From: Hyaloraphidium curvatum SAG 235-1
Lineage: Eukaryota; Fungi; Monoblepharomycota
Reading direction: 5' to 3'
DNA length: 64,000 nt
NCBI GenBank assembly: GCA_025558095.1
Contig: JAIVFI010000028.1
Span: 543,113 to 607,112 of the forward strand
A program made the position numbers and the translations under genes. The first letter of the stretch is position 1, and every line of letters begins with the position of its first letter. Below are positions 24,081-36,867 of this stretch, one piece after another. The notes beneath the pieces are model-generated. The model saw only the letters and a program-made list of their open reading frames with translations. It was not told where the DNA came from and did not search any database.

Positions 24081-25477
24081 ATGACGGCCCGCGAGGTGCC
24101 CGCCGCGGCCACGGCCGCGTCCACGGATCCCCTTGCTCTCGGTTGGATGGTCGGCTCCCCGCCGCCAAAGGACAAGCTCATCCAGCCGACGCACGTGACG
24201 TCGAACGGGATTCCGGACCACTTCATATTCCCGAAGACGCGGTGGGCGTTTTCCAACATGCAGAAGCTGTGGGTTCGCGCCGCGGAGCCTCGCTCGAATG
24301 TCACCCAACCAGCCTCGCTACCCGCAGCGTCGTCTCCGCCCCGGTCTACCGTGCCGACGGTCCCCCATCGGCCCTGCCGGTTGCCCTGCGGGACGACCTC
24401 GATGCCGTCACCTACACGCCGTTGGGTGCCACCGACACCCGGACGTGGACCGAGTTTTTCGACGCTTCCTTCACGGACGCCGTCCTCGTCATGCACAAGG
24501 GGACGATCGTCTACGAGAAGTACTTCCACGTCATGGGGCCGCAAAGGCATCACACTGCCTTTTCCGTGACCAAGAGCTTCTTCGCCACCATCGCCGCTTG
24601 TCTGATCCTTGAGGGCGTGCTGGACGAGACGGCGCTGGTCTCCAAGTACATTCCTGAGCTGAAGAAGTGAGGGGCTTCGTCGGTGCTGTTGGAACGGGCT
24701 ACGTCGACTGACTGCTCCATTCCCAGTTCGGCCTTTGGCGACGCGACGGTGCGGAACGTCCTCGACATGCGGGTGGGCGTCGCGTACTCGGAAGACTATG
24801 CCGACCCCAAGGCCGAAGTCTGGGACGGCGCCCGCGCCTCTGGCGTCTTCCCCCGGCCCCCTGGCTACTCCGGCCCGATGTCGACCTACGAGTTCCTCGC
24901 GAGCCTGAAGAAAGAGGGCGAGCACGGCCGCGATTTCTTCTACAAGACCCCCTGCACCGACGTCGTCGGCTGGCTCCTCTGCCGCGTGACCGGCAAATCC
25001 CTCTCGGACCTCCTTACGGAGCGCCTCTGGAAGCCTCTGGGGATGGAGCGCGACGCAGCGCTCTGGTTTGACCCGGAGGGCACCGAGCACGCGGGGGGCG
25101 GGCTGCAGTGCGTGCTCCGCGACCTCGCGCGGATGGGCGAGATGATGCGGCTCCGCGGCGTGTTCAACGGCGCGAGGATCGTGCCCGAGGCAGTTATCGA
25201 GGACATCGAAAAGAACGGCGATCCGGCGGCATTCAAGGCCAAGGGGCCGACGACGATTCCTGGGGGTGCCTACCGCACAATGTGGTGGATCCTGAACGAC
25301 GAGCACAAGGCCTACATGGCCCGGGGTATCCACGGGCAAGCCATCTACATCAACCCGACCGCCGAGCTCGTGATAACAAGGTTCGGGAGCCACCCCGTTG
25401 CGGGCAACGCCGCGATCGACCCCGAGGCGCTGCCGGCATACCGGGCCATCGCAAATCACCTGATGACGGCGAAGTGA
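24081..25477 (+). CDS. Beta-lactamase-family serine hydrolase, 6-aminohexanoate-dimer hydrolase (NylB)-like; 2 introns
   Basis: LGWMVGSPPP, catalytic FSVTKS (SxxK), FFYKT, LWKPLGME, LRDLARMG, ARGIHGQAIYINP. Confidence 0.9.
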
Positions 25478-25834
25478 GTAACGTGCACGGCCGGGTCAGT
25501 TTGGAGCAACGGCGGTGGCAGCCGGTGGTTGCGGCTTGCGGGGGCTCTTGTCCATGGATGGGACGGACAGCGATGCGCAGGAACGGACCGCACCTGGATT
25601 CGGCTTTAGAAAGTTGCTATTCATAGTATTCAAACGTGTTGTCGCTTCTGGTTGCCCCATCGTCGATTTGCCCAGTCCATACACAGCACCCGAGTAAGAG
25701 GCGCGGCCTCTTCAACTCTGCCGGCCCGCAACTCCCCAATCTCCTCGCTTCCTCTCTCCTTGCCGCCCGTCCCGGCTCATCCTCATCCACTTTGCGCGCC
25801 TTTTGCTCTTCAATCTCCCTCTCCCCGGACCGCG

Positions 25835-26185
25835 ATGGCCAAAACGGTCCTCGTGTACTTCGTCGCGAAGCCGGAGCATGCCGACGAGGTCGCCCGGGCC
25901 TTTGCCGACTTCTGCGCCGAATCCCGCAAGGAGCCCGGCTGCCTCTCGTACGACTGCTTCCGCGAGTCGGAGGAGCCGGCCAATTTCGTGTTCGTGGAGC
26001 GGTGGAAGGACGACGAGGCGCCCAAGCTCCACGTGAAGAGCAAGCACATGGACGAGGTGCACAGGAGGATCAACGGGAAGCTGAGGCGGAAACCGAGGTA
26101 AAGTAGCGCCCTGGGTACGCGATTGGGACGTCGGTGACAAAAACTGGGCCGTCGCAGGGTGGTGAGGATCATGTCGAACCTTTGA
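25835..26185 (+). CDS. ABM-family (putative quinol monooxygenase) protein; 1 intron; ends SNL
   Basis: SRKEPGCLSYD...FVFVERWKD...H..SKHM; intron GTAAAG..CAG gives the C-terminus KPRVVRIMSNL. Confidence 0.85.
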
Positions 26186-26549
26186 AGGTCGCTTGGGCTG
26201 CTCGTGTCGCCCTGGATGCGGCTCTGGACCCCGGAACTCGGTTTGAAAAGAACCACGGGCTTGCGGTTTGACTCTGGGTGATGGGTGGGTCCGTTTCTGG
26301 TCAATCTCCTGCTGTTCCGTCGGCGGGATCGCGACCGGACAGTACAGGGTCCATCGCGCCCGGCAACAGGATGCTAGACCGGCAGGCCACTTGAACATGC
26401 GGCGCTCGATAAGGGCCCACGCACCGTTGTCAAACACTTTTGCTTTTTCTCGGTGTACACACTTCTTCCGAGAATGGGACAGCTTCGTGTTGCCTCGCTG
26501 CTTGACCGAAATCCTCCAATCCCGCACTTTCAACACGTCGTTCGCCCGA

Positions 26550-27600
26550 CTACGCCTTCGCCTCGCCGGTGTAGTCGAAAATGACGTGCTCGGTCGTCAT
26601 GAAGCACCTCGAGCGGTCCATCTGGACGAACCGCCTCTCGTCCTCGGCCATGGCAGCGCCACCCTTCGCGGCCGCCTCGTGGTCGGTGATGGCGGCGGCC
26701 TCCGCCGCCGAGACCCACACCTCCGTGATGCCGTCCAGCGGAGCCGCGAAGCCGCGCGGGGACTTGGTGAACGAGAGGTTGACGTCGTTGTGCACCGTGT
26801 GAGACTGGATGTACCGGCACATGGCGTTCGTCTTGGCAAAAGACGCGACGAGGGGACCATGGTCGACGAGCCAGGTGCGGTGGCACTCCTCCTGGGTCAT
26901 GCCGTCCTTGGCCGAGAGCAGGTAGGTGCACTTGGAGCAGTCGGCAGGGAGCTTGCCGCCCGTGTGGTCAAAGATCACGTGCTCTTCGGTGAAGAAGACC
27001 TGCGAGTTCTTGAAGTCGATGAACTTGCTCTCATCCTCGTCGAGGATCTTGGCGGCGATGGCGCCTTCGGGGGTCGCGTACGCCGCGCGGAAGTCCTCGA
27101 TCGAGTCCCACCAGACCTAGAGCCGAACATGTCGCAACGAAGCAACAATGAACAAGGAGTCGGAGGATGCCGCGGGGTGCGGGGAGCCGGTCAGCCGAAT
27201 GTCTCCCGCCGCCGCACCCGGTCTCCCACCTCGGTGATCCCGTCCACGGGCGGCAGCATGCCCCTCACGCTCCTCAGGGCTTCATTTGCCGGAGAGTCGA
27301 CGATGAGGTGGCTCTGGATGTACTTCCGCAGGCGGAGGGTCTTGGCCTGGCTCCGAACGAGCGGCCCTGCGGAGCGGGAAAGAGAATGAGGCCCCGAACC
27401 GGTCCGCGCGTACCCGAAGCCGAACAAAATCGTTGGAGACTGCAAACGGCTAAGCGGAGCGCCGCTTGGTCTGCGCCAGCTGCCAAGCTTCCGCGGATCC
27501 ATGTCCGGTGTGCCTCACCGTGCGTGTTCAGCCAATAGTCGTAGAACTGCTCCGGTGTCAGGTCCGGCCGCCTCGTGATGACGTAGACGAGCTTTAGCAT
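26550..27600 (-). CDS. Double EthD-domain protein, paralog 1 (2 introns)
   Basis: KLVYVITRRPDLTPEQFYDYWLNTHGPL...YIQSH...DGITEVW...DESKFID, repeated twice. Confidence 0.88.
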
Positions 27601-27995
27601 CGTAGAACTGGTGCGGAGAGGGGCGAGCCGCGGGAGCGAGCGATAATCGGCTCCGAGTATTTGGCGGAGTCGGTTGCCGGGCGCAAAACTGGCCCGACGC
27701 GAACCTCCCCGCCACAGACTGAACAACGCTGTGCTATCAGGCCGAATGACCTACGATTAACAGATCTGCGGGTCGGTGGATAGAAATCCGGGGATGGATC
27801 CGTTCTCAGCCGCCCCTGGGCGCCGCCGCCCCACCTCATCACAATCCGTGTTTTCCACGCCCTCGGCGGCCATCCGGATCATACCATCGAGCATCTATCC
27901 GCCACCTAGCCGAAGACAATCTAACAAACTAGCTCCACCTTCCCAACTCAGGCCCCGCAGCACCCCACATCGGCCCCCAAAAGCGGGTGGTCCGC

Positions 27996-29106
27996 CTAGA
28001 GCCGCGCCGCGTCGCCGGTGTAGTCGAAGATCACGTGCTCCTTGGTCATGAAGCACCTCGACCTGTCCATCTGGACGAACCGCCGCTCGTCCTCGGCCAT
28101 GGCCGCCGCGCCCTTCCTCGCCGCCGCCCTGTCCGTGACTTTTGCCGCCTCGGCCTTCGAGATCCACACCTCCGTGATGCCGTCCAGCGGGGACATGTAG
28201 CCGCGCTCGGATTTGGCGATGGCCTGGTTGACCTCGTCGTGCACCGCGTGCGATTGGATGTAGCGGCACAGGGCGTTGCTCTTTGCGAATGAGGCGACCA
28301 GCGGGCCGTGGTCGTTGAGCCAGGTGCGGTGGCACTCTTCCTGGGTCAGGCCTTCCTTCGCCGACAGCAGGTAGGTGTTCTTTTCGCAGTCGTCGGGCAG
28401 CTTGCCGCCCGTGTGGTCGAAGATCAGGTGCTCCTTGGTCAGGAAGACCTGCGAGTTTTTGAAATCGATGAACTTGCGCTCATCCTCGTCGAGGATCTTG
28501 GCCGCCAGCTCGCCCTCGGGGGTCGCGTAGCCCGCGTTGCGGTCCTCGAGCGAGTCGTACCAGACCTGGAGCCAGAAGGCGGGAACATCGAGCCGCGGGA
28601 ACGAGGGCAAAGAAAGCGCCGGCATCGCGAGGAAAATGCCGTCAGGGAACGTTTCCCCGCGCCGCACGGAGCCTCCCACCTCGGTGATCCCGTCCACGGG
28701 TGGCAGCATCCCCCTCACCCTCCTCATGGGCTCGTTCCCGGGGTGGTCCCTGATGAGGTGGCTCTGCACGTACTTGCGGATCTTGAGCGCTTTGGCGTGG
28801 GCCTTGACCAGCGGGCCTGGCACCGAGGACGAAAGAAATGAGCCCGGGTTGCCGAAAAGGACGGGAAGGGGAGCGGCGGGAGACATCCGCCGTCTGCGGG
28901 CCCGACGCCGAGCGGCCTAGCCGAGCACTCCGCGGGTCCGCCGTAGACCAATTCCACATGATTGAGGATAACAAGGTTGATCCCCACGGATCTTTGCTCC
29001 CCAGTGACGCTGCCTTCTACCGACCGTGCGTGTTGAGCCAGTGCTCGTGGAACTGCTCCGGCGTGAGCTCCGGCCGGCGGGAGATGACGTAGACGAGCTT
29101 TATCAT
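27996..29106 (-). CDS. Double EthD-domain protein, paralog 2 (2 introns; ends ARL)
   Basis: Same motifs and intron positions as paralog 1; tandem duplicate. Confidence 0.88.
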
Positions 29107-29754
29107 CGTGACGCGGGTTTGGAGCGAGACGGAAGGGCGCGAAAGAGGGGAGCGAACCGCCGGTTTGTGGGGGGAGCCGAGCAGCAGGCGGTTATCTCGA
29201 GCTTTACCCGGCCCGCCGTCAGGGCAAGTCGAGCTCCGTTCCGCCCGAATCGAAGCCTTCCAAAGCAAAAGCCTCACGGATGCCTTTATTTGGATGGTAT
29301 CCTGGAATGGATTCGTTCCTCGGTCTCGAGTTCTCCCCACCGCGAGGGCCTTCCCGGCGAGCCGCCCGGCACGCCTTGGTCGAACACCCAAAGAGACGGC
29401 GCGATCGCTCTCCCGAATGGGTCTCCGTAGCTTGTCTCTGGCCCATGCATCTGCACCTCGTTACCCCCGGCAGTCCGGTGAGCCACGTCTTTGCGCGCTA
29501 TTGTCAGCCTGTGCCGGACGCAGCACGCGTCACGGCCGACGGTCTGCGTCGTTTTTGGAAGGGGCGACCGGGACGCGCACCGCAGCCGGGTGATGGGACG
29601 GGGTTCGCGCGATCGCCCGGGTGGCGATTTGCTGACAGCGAGCGGCAGGTAGTCCTCCAAGCCTCTCGGTTCTGCTGGGAGGTCCCAGCCGGCGCCACGC
29701 AAGCCCGGATCCCCGCCCTCTCGCTCCATCCGCGAGACCGTTACCGCCGCATTT

Positions 29755-30729
29755 ATGCCCTCCCACGCTCCTTCCGAACCCTCTGACCGCGACCCCGGGG
29801 CCAACCCCGCCGGGCCCACCGAGCAGGCCCCCCTTCCGGTCCCCTCCCTTACGCTCTCCGCGCCCGCGGCCGCAGCCCTCCGCACCGCCCGCCTCCGCAC
29901 CCGATTCTCGAGCATGGGATACGCTACCCCGTCGTACCGCGCGAGGATGCTCGAGAGGGCGCTGGAGGAGGCGGGAGGGGGAGGGGAGAACGAGGTGCTG
30001 GATTGGTACAGGCGGGAGTGCGGGCCGTTGAGGCCCGAGGTGTTCAGATACGAGGAGGTCAGGAGGTCCGGGGTCGCGGAGGAGGCCAGGATCCTTCTGC
30101 GGGCTCTTCAGGACGGGCAGCAGGCCAGCCTGCCGGGCGTCGACCGCCCCGCTCCCCTCGCCGCCGCGTTCCCCCTCCTCTCCCCCGCCTTCTGCGCCCT
30201 CCTCTCGGCCGAGATCGCGCACTACGCCCGCACCTTTCAGGTGCCGGAGATGAACCTCCGCCTGGACGACCTCGCGTGGCTGGGCGTGGCGAGGCAGCTG
30301 CTACAGGAGCACGCGCTGCCCGTCGGGCGGGCGCTGCTGCCCGGCCTGGATGATGAAAGGTGGAGCGGGGGGTGCTACGGGAAGGTGGTGAGCTACCAGG
30401 AGGGAGGGGACGGGGAGTGGCCCGCGCACGCGGACGCGTCGGAGCTCACGATGAACGTGTGCCTCGGGGAGGACGGGTTCGAGGGGTCAGAACTGCAGCT
30501 CTTCTCGCGGGATGCGGAGGGGGGATGGACGATGAGCGAGTACGTGCACGAGGTGGGGAAGTGCATCGTGCATCCGGGGTCGCTGCCCCACGGGGTGGGC
30601 GCGATCGGCAGGGGGAAAAGGACGAGCGCCGTGGTGCTCATGGAGGGGACGGAAGGGACGGGTGGGGAGGGGCTGGCGATGGGGGACTGGGCGGAGATGC
30701 TGGAGATGCAGAGGGCGGAGCGCGCCTGA
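29755..30729 (+). CDS. 2OG-Fe(II) oxygenase, OGFOD2-like
   Basis: HADASELTMNVCLG (HxD), FEGSEL, HPGSLPHG (distal His), GKR (2OG-binding Arg). Confidence 0.8.
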   Translation: MPSHAPSEPSDRDPGANPAGPTEQAPLPVPSLTLSAPAAAALRTARLRTRFSSMGYATPSYRARMLERALEEAGGGGENEVLDWYRRECGPLRPEVFRYEEVRRSGVAEEARILLRALQDGQQASLPGVDRPAPLAAAFPLLSPAFCALLSAEIAHYARTFQVPEMNLRLDDLAWLGVARQLLQEHALPVGRALLPGLDDERWSGGCYGKVVSYQEGGDGEWPAHADASELTMNVCLGEDGFEGSELQLFSRDAEGGWTMSEYVHEVGKCIVHPGSLPHGVGAIGRGKRTSAVVLMEGTEGTGGEGLAMGDWAEMLEMQRAERA

Positions 30730-30818
30730 AGGGGGTAGCGGCCGTTTGCCCCGGAACGGGGGAAAATGGTCCGATCGGTACGGGTATCGAGGTATCTTGT
30801 CCCATCCACGCCGCGTGT

Positions 30819-32207
30819 TCAACCCCCCACCGCCCCCGCCTCATCTGCGCCGTCTTCCTCCCCGCTGTCCTCCTCGGCCGCCGACGGCTGGGGCCGCATC
30901 CCCGCCCTCGGATCGGAAAGCCGGAGCACCCCCTCGGCCTCGTCGAAAAACACGCGCGCGCCCGACTGCGTAAACGTGGTCCGAAATCCGTCGTCCGCCG
31001 GCGCGAGGGTGTCCCGCGGGGCCAGCGACGGCGTGGGGGTCGGCGGCAGCAGGACGGCGCCGCGGGGGTTGAGGAACGGGTGCGCCAGCGCCTCGGCCGC
31101 CGACGGCCGCAGGGCGGGGTCGTTCCCCAGCATGGAGAGGAGAAAGTCCCGCGCCTCGGGGGAGATCGCAGGGGAGGAGGGGAGGGCGAAGCGGCCTTCG
31201 GCGATCCGGGAAAAGAGGTCCTCCCACGAGGTGGCGTCCTGGAAGGGGGTGTGGGCGAAGAGCATCTCGTAGCTGATGAAGGCGATCGTCAGAGAAACCA
31301 AAGGGCAGGGGTTGACTCTCACCAAAGCACTCCTGCGGAATAGACGTCAACCTTGGCGCCGTACGGCCACCCCTTGACCGCCTCCGGGGCCAGGTAGAAC
31401 GGCGTCCCCGTCACCGTGCTCGACAGTTCGCTCCCCCCTCCACCCCCTCCCTGCCCCGGCACCTCCCCGCCCGGTTGGCCAATGTACACGCTCGTCAAAT
31501 CGGCGAGGCACAGCGACGCCGGGTCCGCGGGGTCGCGGAGCAGCAAATTCGCGGGCTTGACGTCGCGGTGGATCGCGCCCTGCGAGTGGAGGTGCGCGAG
31601 GGTGGAGAGCAGCACCTGCATCGTCCGGCGGGCCTCGACCTCGGGGCGGGCGCCGCGCGAGGCGAGGTACTCGGCCAAAGAGGAGGGGAAGAGCTCCATG
31701 GCGGCATACCACTTGCTTTCCGTCTCGAAACCCTCCTTGAAGTAGGGCATCGAGGGGTGGCCGGTGACTATCGGGGCCAGGAGGTCCCACCGGCGGCGCG
31801 AGGCCTTCTCGGCGGCGGCGCGGCGGGCGGGGTCGGCAGGCTTCGGGACGACCTGCCGGCACGGGGATTAGGGGGGGCGTTATTTCTCCAGGGGAATCGG
31901 AGGGCACCTTGAGCGCGAACGTCTCCCCCGTCTCGGTGCAGACGACCGTCTTTATCGCCGCCTCCGCGCCCTTCCCGAGCTTCTTCCCGGCGTCCCTGTA
32001 GACCCTCCTCCTCCGCCTCCCGTGGGCAAAAATGCCGGCGTCCGACGTGTGGCCGCCGTCGCCCCGCGGGGGCAGCGTGGCGGCCGAGGCGAGCGACGAG
32101 GCGGAGAGCGCGGGCGACGCGGGGGTGCCGGCCGAGGAGGACGAGCGCGCGGAGGAGGCGGCGGTGGGCTGGGAGAAGGCGGGAGGGCGGGAGGGAGGGT
32201 CCGCCAT
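30819..32207 (-). CDS. Ser/Thr protein kinase (CAMK-like), 2 introns
   Basis: LGKGAEA, FALK, HRDVKPANLL, DLT in place of DFG, GTPFYLAPE, DVYSAGV, RPSAAEALAHPF. Confidence 0.9.
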
Positions 32208-33775
32208 GGCGTTTTTGGCAGGAGGGAGCACGGTGTGGGAATGGCGTCGGCGATTTTGGAGTTGCGGGGTCGGCGGGATCGCGCGGGCGGTTAGCCGACC
32301 CCCCGGCGCACGCTCTGGCGAGCAGTCAGGTGGGCTGCAAATCGCGGGCTCGTATCGCAATGCGGACAACGGAATGCGCCTGCCGCGGGGGCTTTCGCTG
32401 CCATGCGGCGTGGGATGCTCGGAGTTGGGCGGCTGGGGCGGTGCGTGTGCGGCATGTCGGACCGTGGGCCGCCTGGTGCGTCCGTGTCGGCGGCCGCGGG
32501 TGTGAGCCATCGGGCCGACGCTGGAAGTCGCTCGGTTTCTCTGGGAACGCGTCGGAGAAAGTGAGGGCCGAGGGCGACGTCAAGCGCACCGGACCTTCGT
32601 CGCCCGGTGCGTTCAGGGCATCTCGCGGGGAGGCAGAGGTGGGCGAAGCCACATCCGGAAGACGCTGAAGTACGAGAGCACTAGTAAGCCAGCGTAGTGG
32701 CGGCCTCGGTCTCGGTCGGCCTATTGTGTCGTTGATCTGGGGTTGACTGGAATGGGCGGGCGGATTGGGCGAAGGAGAGCCAGAGATGATCACGACGCCT
32801 CGATGCTCCGATTTCCGTCCTCTGAAGGTCAAACGGTGCAGCGGGAGGCGTCTGTTCGCGGCCGAAGGCTATACCGGCGATGCCCGGTGGGGAACGACGG
32901 GCGAATCGGAGGGCAGAACATGTGTACGCGACGCCCGCTCCGGCTTTCCGGGCCCGTCTTCAAGGCCCCGTGAAGGGCAAGTACGGCGAAAGAATTGCGT
33001 GGGACTGGTGGCAAATGCTGCGCGCCGCGCAAAAGAAGGTCCGGAGATGCGGCGATGCGCGCGGACCGAGCCGGCGCCCTCGAGCTGGCGGGCATGTCCG
33101 GGACGAGGAGAGGGAGTTCCGTCTGGACCAGATGGAATGCGAGCGCGGCTCAAGCACACCTCGGGGGATCCCCGGCGGCGAAGAAGCCGCCGCGCGCCTA
33201 GCCGCCCGCCGTCCCTGAGGCCTAACCCTTTCGGACCGCCGGCATCGTGGCTTCCCGCGACTTGGGTGGTGTCATTCTCCTCGCGCTCTCCATCGGGTCG
33301 CTGTCGTTCCAACGCCTGATGGCCCGGGTTAGTTGGGGATCCTCGGTCGCGAACCCCGAACCCCGGGCGCAGGGACAGGCGGCCCGAAGGGACAACCGGT
33401 CGGCCCCTCAACTGCCCATGCGACCGGTATCGCGTGCCCATCACGTTCGGAAGCGATCGGCACTTTTTCGCCCATGCGGATCGCGGCGGGCCGGGGATGG
33501 CCGCGGGGATCGGTGGGTAAACCGAGGTCGGCACCGGGCCTGGACCCGGGACGCTCGAGCGAGGGAGACAGCGGATCGGCGGCCGCGGACCGCACCGAGT
33601 GCCCGGTTCCACGGGCCATCCATCTGTGCTGAGTGTGCCTGCGGTTCCGGCCGGCGGTGCGCTGCGGGGCCGGGGGGCCCGGCGGGATCGGGTGGATCGA
33701 CAGGCGGCTCTAGGGACCTCCGCGGTCGGCGGCGGTCGGCAGTGGTTCGTCCGAAACCTCCCGCCCGCCGGCACG

Positions 33776-35766
33776 ATGTTCTCTGTGGCCGGCACGCCCG
33801 TGAGGACGTGGTCGGGCCAGTCGCCGAGCAATGCCGGCCTCCAGGTGCCGCTGCGGCGGCCGCGGTCGGTGTCGCCGGGCGCCCACCGCTGGGAGGACCT
33901 GGTGCCGATGGCCGCGGAGTACCACCGCCGCAACTCGCTGGCCGCCGATCGGGAGGGCGATCGGGAGTTCGATCGGGACGGCGGCGAGAGGCCGGCGTCG
34001 GACCCCGGGGCCGGCCCTCTCTCCTCCCTCCTCCGCCCGATGGTCCCGCGCCCGCCGGGGCCGCCGCCCGCCCCCGCCATCGCCGGCTGCTCTCCAACGG
34101 AGCTGCTGTTCTCCTCCATCGCCAACTACTTTGAACACGCGCACGTGCTGGTGCCGCTCGTGCACCGCCCGTCGTTCGAGGACGCACTCCGGGGCCGCCC
34201 GACGCCGTACTCGCCCCCCGGCGGCTCCCCGCGCAAGCCCCTCGCCCTGTTCTACGCCCTCGCCGCATCGGGCTCCCGGTGGCTCCCCCTCGGCACCGAG
34301 GTCGAGCGGCAGCGGTTCGGGCGGTGGTGCTGCGACCGCGCCCGGGACGCTCTGCAGGGCCCGGGGGCGTGGGACGGCCTCGAGGGGGCGCAGGCGTCGG
34401 CGCTTTTGGTGTCGATCATGATGATCGCCGGCGCGGCGGGCTCCGCGGCCCCCTTGGTCCGAGCATCAGCGGCCTCGTGCGAGGCGAGCTTCGCACAACT
34501 GCCCCCCGGGGGCCCGGGGACGCCCGAGGACTGGGTCACCAGGGAAATCGTCGTGCGCACGCGCATCGTCATTGCATCGTACGTGCAGGCGCTGGCGTAC
34601 TACGCCGGGCGCGACGCCGGCCCGCAGTACTTTTCCCCCGGCTCCGTCTTGCTCCTGCCCTGCAGCGACGCCTACTTCGACCACCGCGACCCGCGCGCGG
34701 CGTTCGAGCGGCTGGCATGGACCTCGGGCCCTCGCGAAGTATCGCTGGCACCGGGGTGGGCCGCCGCGGCATCCGCCAACCGCACATTGGCCTCGCAGGG
34801 GTTCGAAGCGGGCAGCGTGATGTGCCTCCTCCTGCTGAACCTGCACTCCCGCTCCCTACTGCTCCCCCTCCTCCGGGCCCACGCATCCGGCACGGCGGTG
34901 GCGGACCCGCAGGCCGCAAAGTACGACTGCGTCTCGCTCTCGTGCATCTGCGCGCCGCCCGACCCGCCCCCGGGCCTGCTCACGTCGCCCGACACGGCGT
35001 TCGCGCACCCGGGGCACGCCAAAGCCGCGCTGCAGTACCTGCTGTGCTCGGAATGCCACGCCGTCGAGGCGCTGCTGGCGGGGGGTTTCGTGTCCTCCGC
35101 CTGCGCGAGGGCGGCAAGGGTCGCCGCGGCGCTCGAGTCGCTCCTGGCATCGGACCCCGAGGGTACCTTTGCCCACGCAGCATTGCTGCCCGGCGCGTTC
35201 AAGGTCGGCAACCTGATGCTCGCTCAGTTCAAGGAGCTGGACGACCTGCACGCGCCCCCCTTGGAGGCGCCGGCGGCGGCGGAGGAGCGCAGGAGGCGGA
35301 GGAGCGAGATGGCGCGGGCGGCGGGGACGGTGATGCGGTTTTTGGAGGCGCTGGCGGGGGGTTACGGCCTGCAAAGTGGGTGCTCTGCGTGGATGGTTTA
35401 CGTTGCATCCAGCTGACGCGCATCCGTTCCGTGTCCGCAGTGCGCGCCGTGGCCAAGGTATTTTCCGACGCCATGCGCGAGGCCGGCGTCTCCCCGACCT
35501 CCCCGCTGGCCCCCGCCCCGCTTCCCACGCCTCCGGCCGAGGACGCCCTCCTCCTCTCCGAACCGCACCTCTCCCCCTCCCCCGACGGGGACAGGTTCTT
35601 CGCGCAGGCGCTCGCATCCGGGGGCATCGCGGCCGCCGTGGGCAGCGCGGTGGCGGGGGCGATGGAGCCGGGGGGGAGGGAGGGACCGGGGATGGGGGCA
35701 AGGTGGGAGGCGAGGGCGAGGGGCAAGATGACGCGGATGGTGGGGGTGGATGTCAGGGAGGGGTGA
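33776..35766 (+). CDS. Fungal-specific transcription factor domain protein (start uncertain; 1 intron near 3' end)
   Basis: IANYFEHAHVLVPLVHRPSF, ALFYALAASG, LEGAQA and LPCSDAYF match the Fungal_trans middle region. Confidence 0.75.
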
Positions 35767-36444
35767 TGGCGGGCACGGGGGATGGGGGATGCGAAGTGTA
35801 TGACGGGCGAAATGTACAAGTTGTCCGGTCGGCCATCCGTTGGCGCGTGTGCCGTGCTGCTGTCCGGTAACGCTCCGCGATCGAGTCGCCCGTCGGTCAC
35901 GCTGGATGGAAAACGGGAAGGACGATTACGCGGTCCCATCCGGCCCGCGTTCCCACCATTCCCGCGTCCCTGCGGCCGAAGACGGGGAGGCGGAACCGCA
36001 CGCCACCGGCACGGAAGGACCGCGGACGAACCCCGCCCCACCCAACCACCGCCCGGCTGCCCGGCCCTTCGGTGCACGCCGGAGCCCGGTCGAGCTTCCA
36101 GGACGATTACCGGGACAATGGAAGCCTGATTGAGGTCCCGTGCGGCGGCACGGTGCACGCAGGCGACTTCGGATCCTCCCGAAAGATTAGGCTTCGGGGA
36201 CCGCGTCCCAACGTCCCGAGGACCCACGAGCTGCGGACGCACCCACGGCACGGAGGAGCATCTAGGTGACACCGGATTCCCCGCGTCAATTCACGCACAT
36301 CCTCAACTGTTTTCGGGTTAGGCGGCCGGCACGCTTAGTGCGGCAATCGTGTTGGGCCCGCTGCGTCCCAAGGACGGGATTTTGGCTCGTCGGCGGCAAA
36401 CCGGCCGCACCGACGCCCCTGCGGTCCCCGCAACTCCAAACACA

Positions 36445-36867
36445 ATGCCCCTGCCTCGCAGTACCGCGATGACGTGCTCCGCGCCCCCGCTGCCCTCCCC
36501 GCCGCCGTGCGGGTGCGACAACGCCGGCGGCGTGTTCTGCCTCGCGTGCCTGCCCGCCTTCTCCCTGCCCGCGCCGCCGGAGCCCCTCCCGCGGCCTCGG
36601 CACGGTGCCGCAAGCACACTGCGCGCGGCGACGCCTCCGCGCTCCGCGCCGCACGTCTCGCTGCCGCCGTTCCGCAAGGGCCGTGCGGCGTCGGCCGGCA
36701 CGGCGGGCTGGGCGCCCGGGACCAGGTGGGAGGCGGACCAAGGGTTGCTCGCGGACGCTTTTGCCGCCTTCTGGGCGGGCTGGGACTACGGGCCCGTCGG
36801 GGTCGGAACGTCGGGGGAGAGGAGGCCGTCCGCCGTGGCGGAGGAGGTGGCCGTCGGCGGGTGTTAG
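36445..36867 (+). CDS. Small hypothetical protein with CxC...CxxC motif
   Basis: ATG ORF containing PCGCDNAGGVFCLACLP; no family recognised. Confidence 0.35.
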   Translation: MPLPRSTAMTCSAPPLPSPPPCGCDNAGGVFCLACLPAFSLPAPPEPLPRPRHGAASTLRAATPPRSAPHVSLPPFRKGRAASAGTAGWAPGTRWEADQGLLADAFAAFWAGWDYGPVGVGTSGERRPSAVAEEVAVGGC

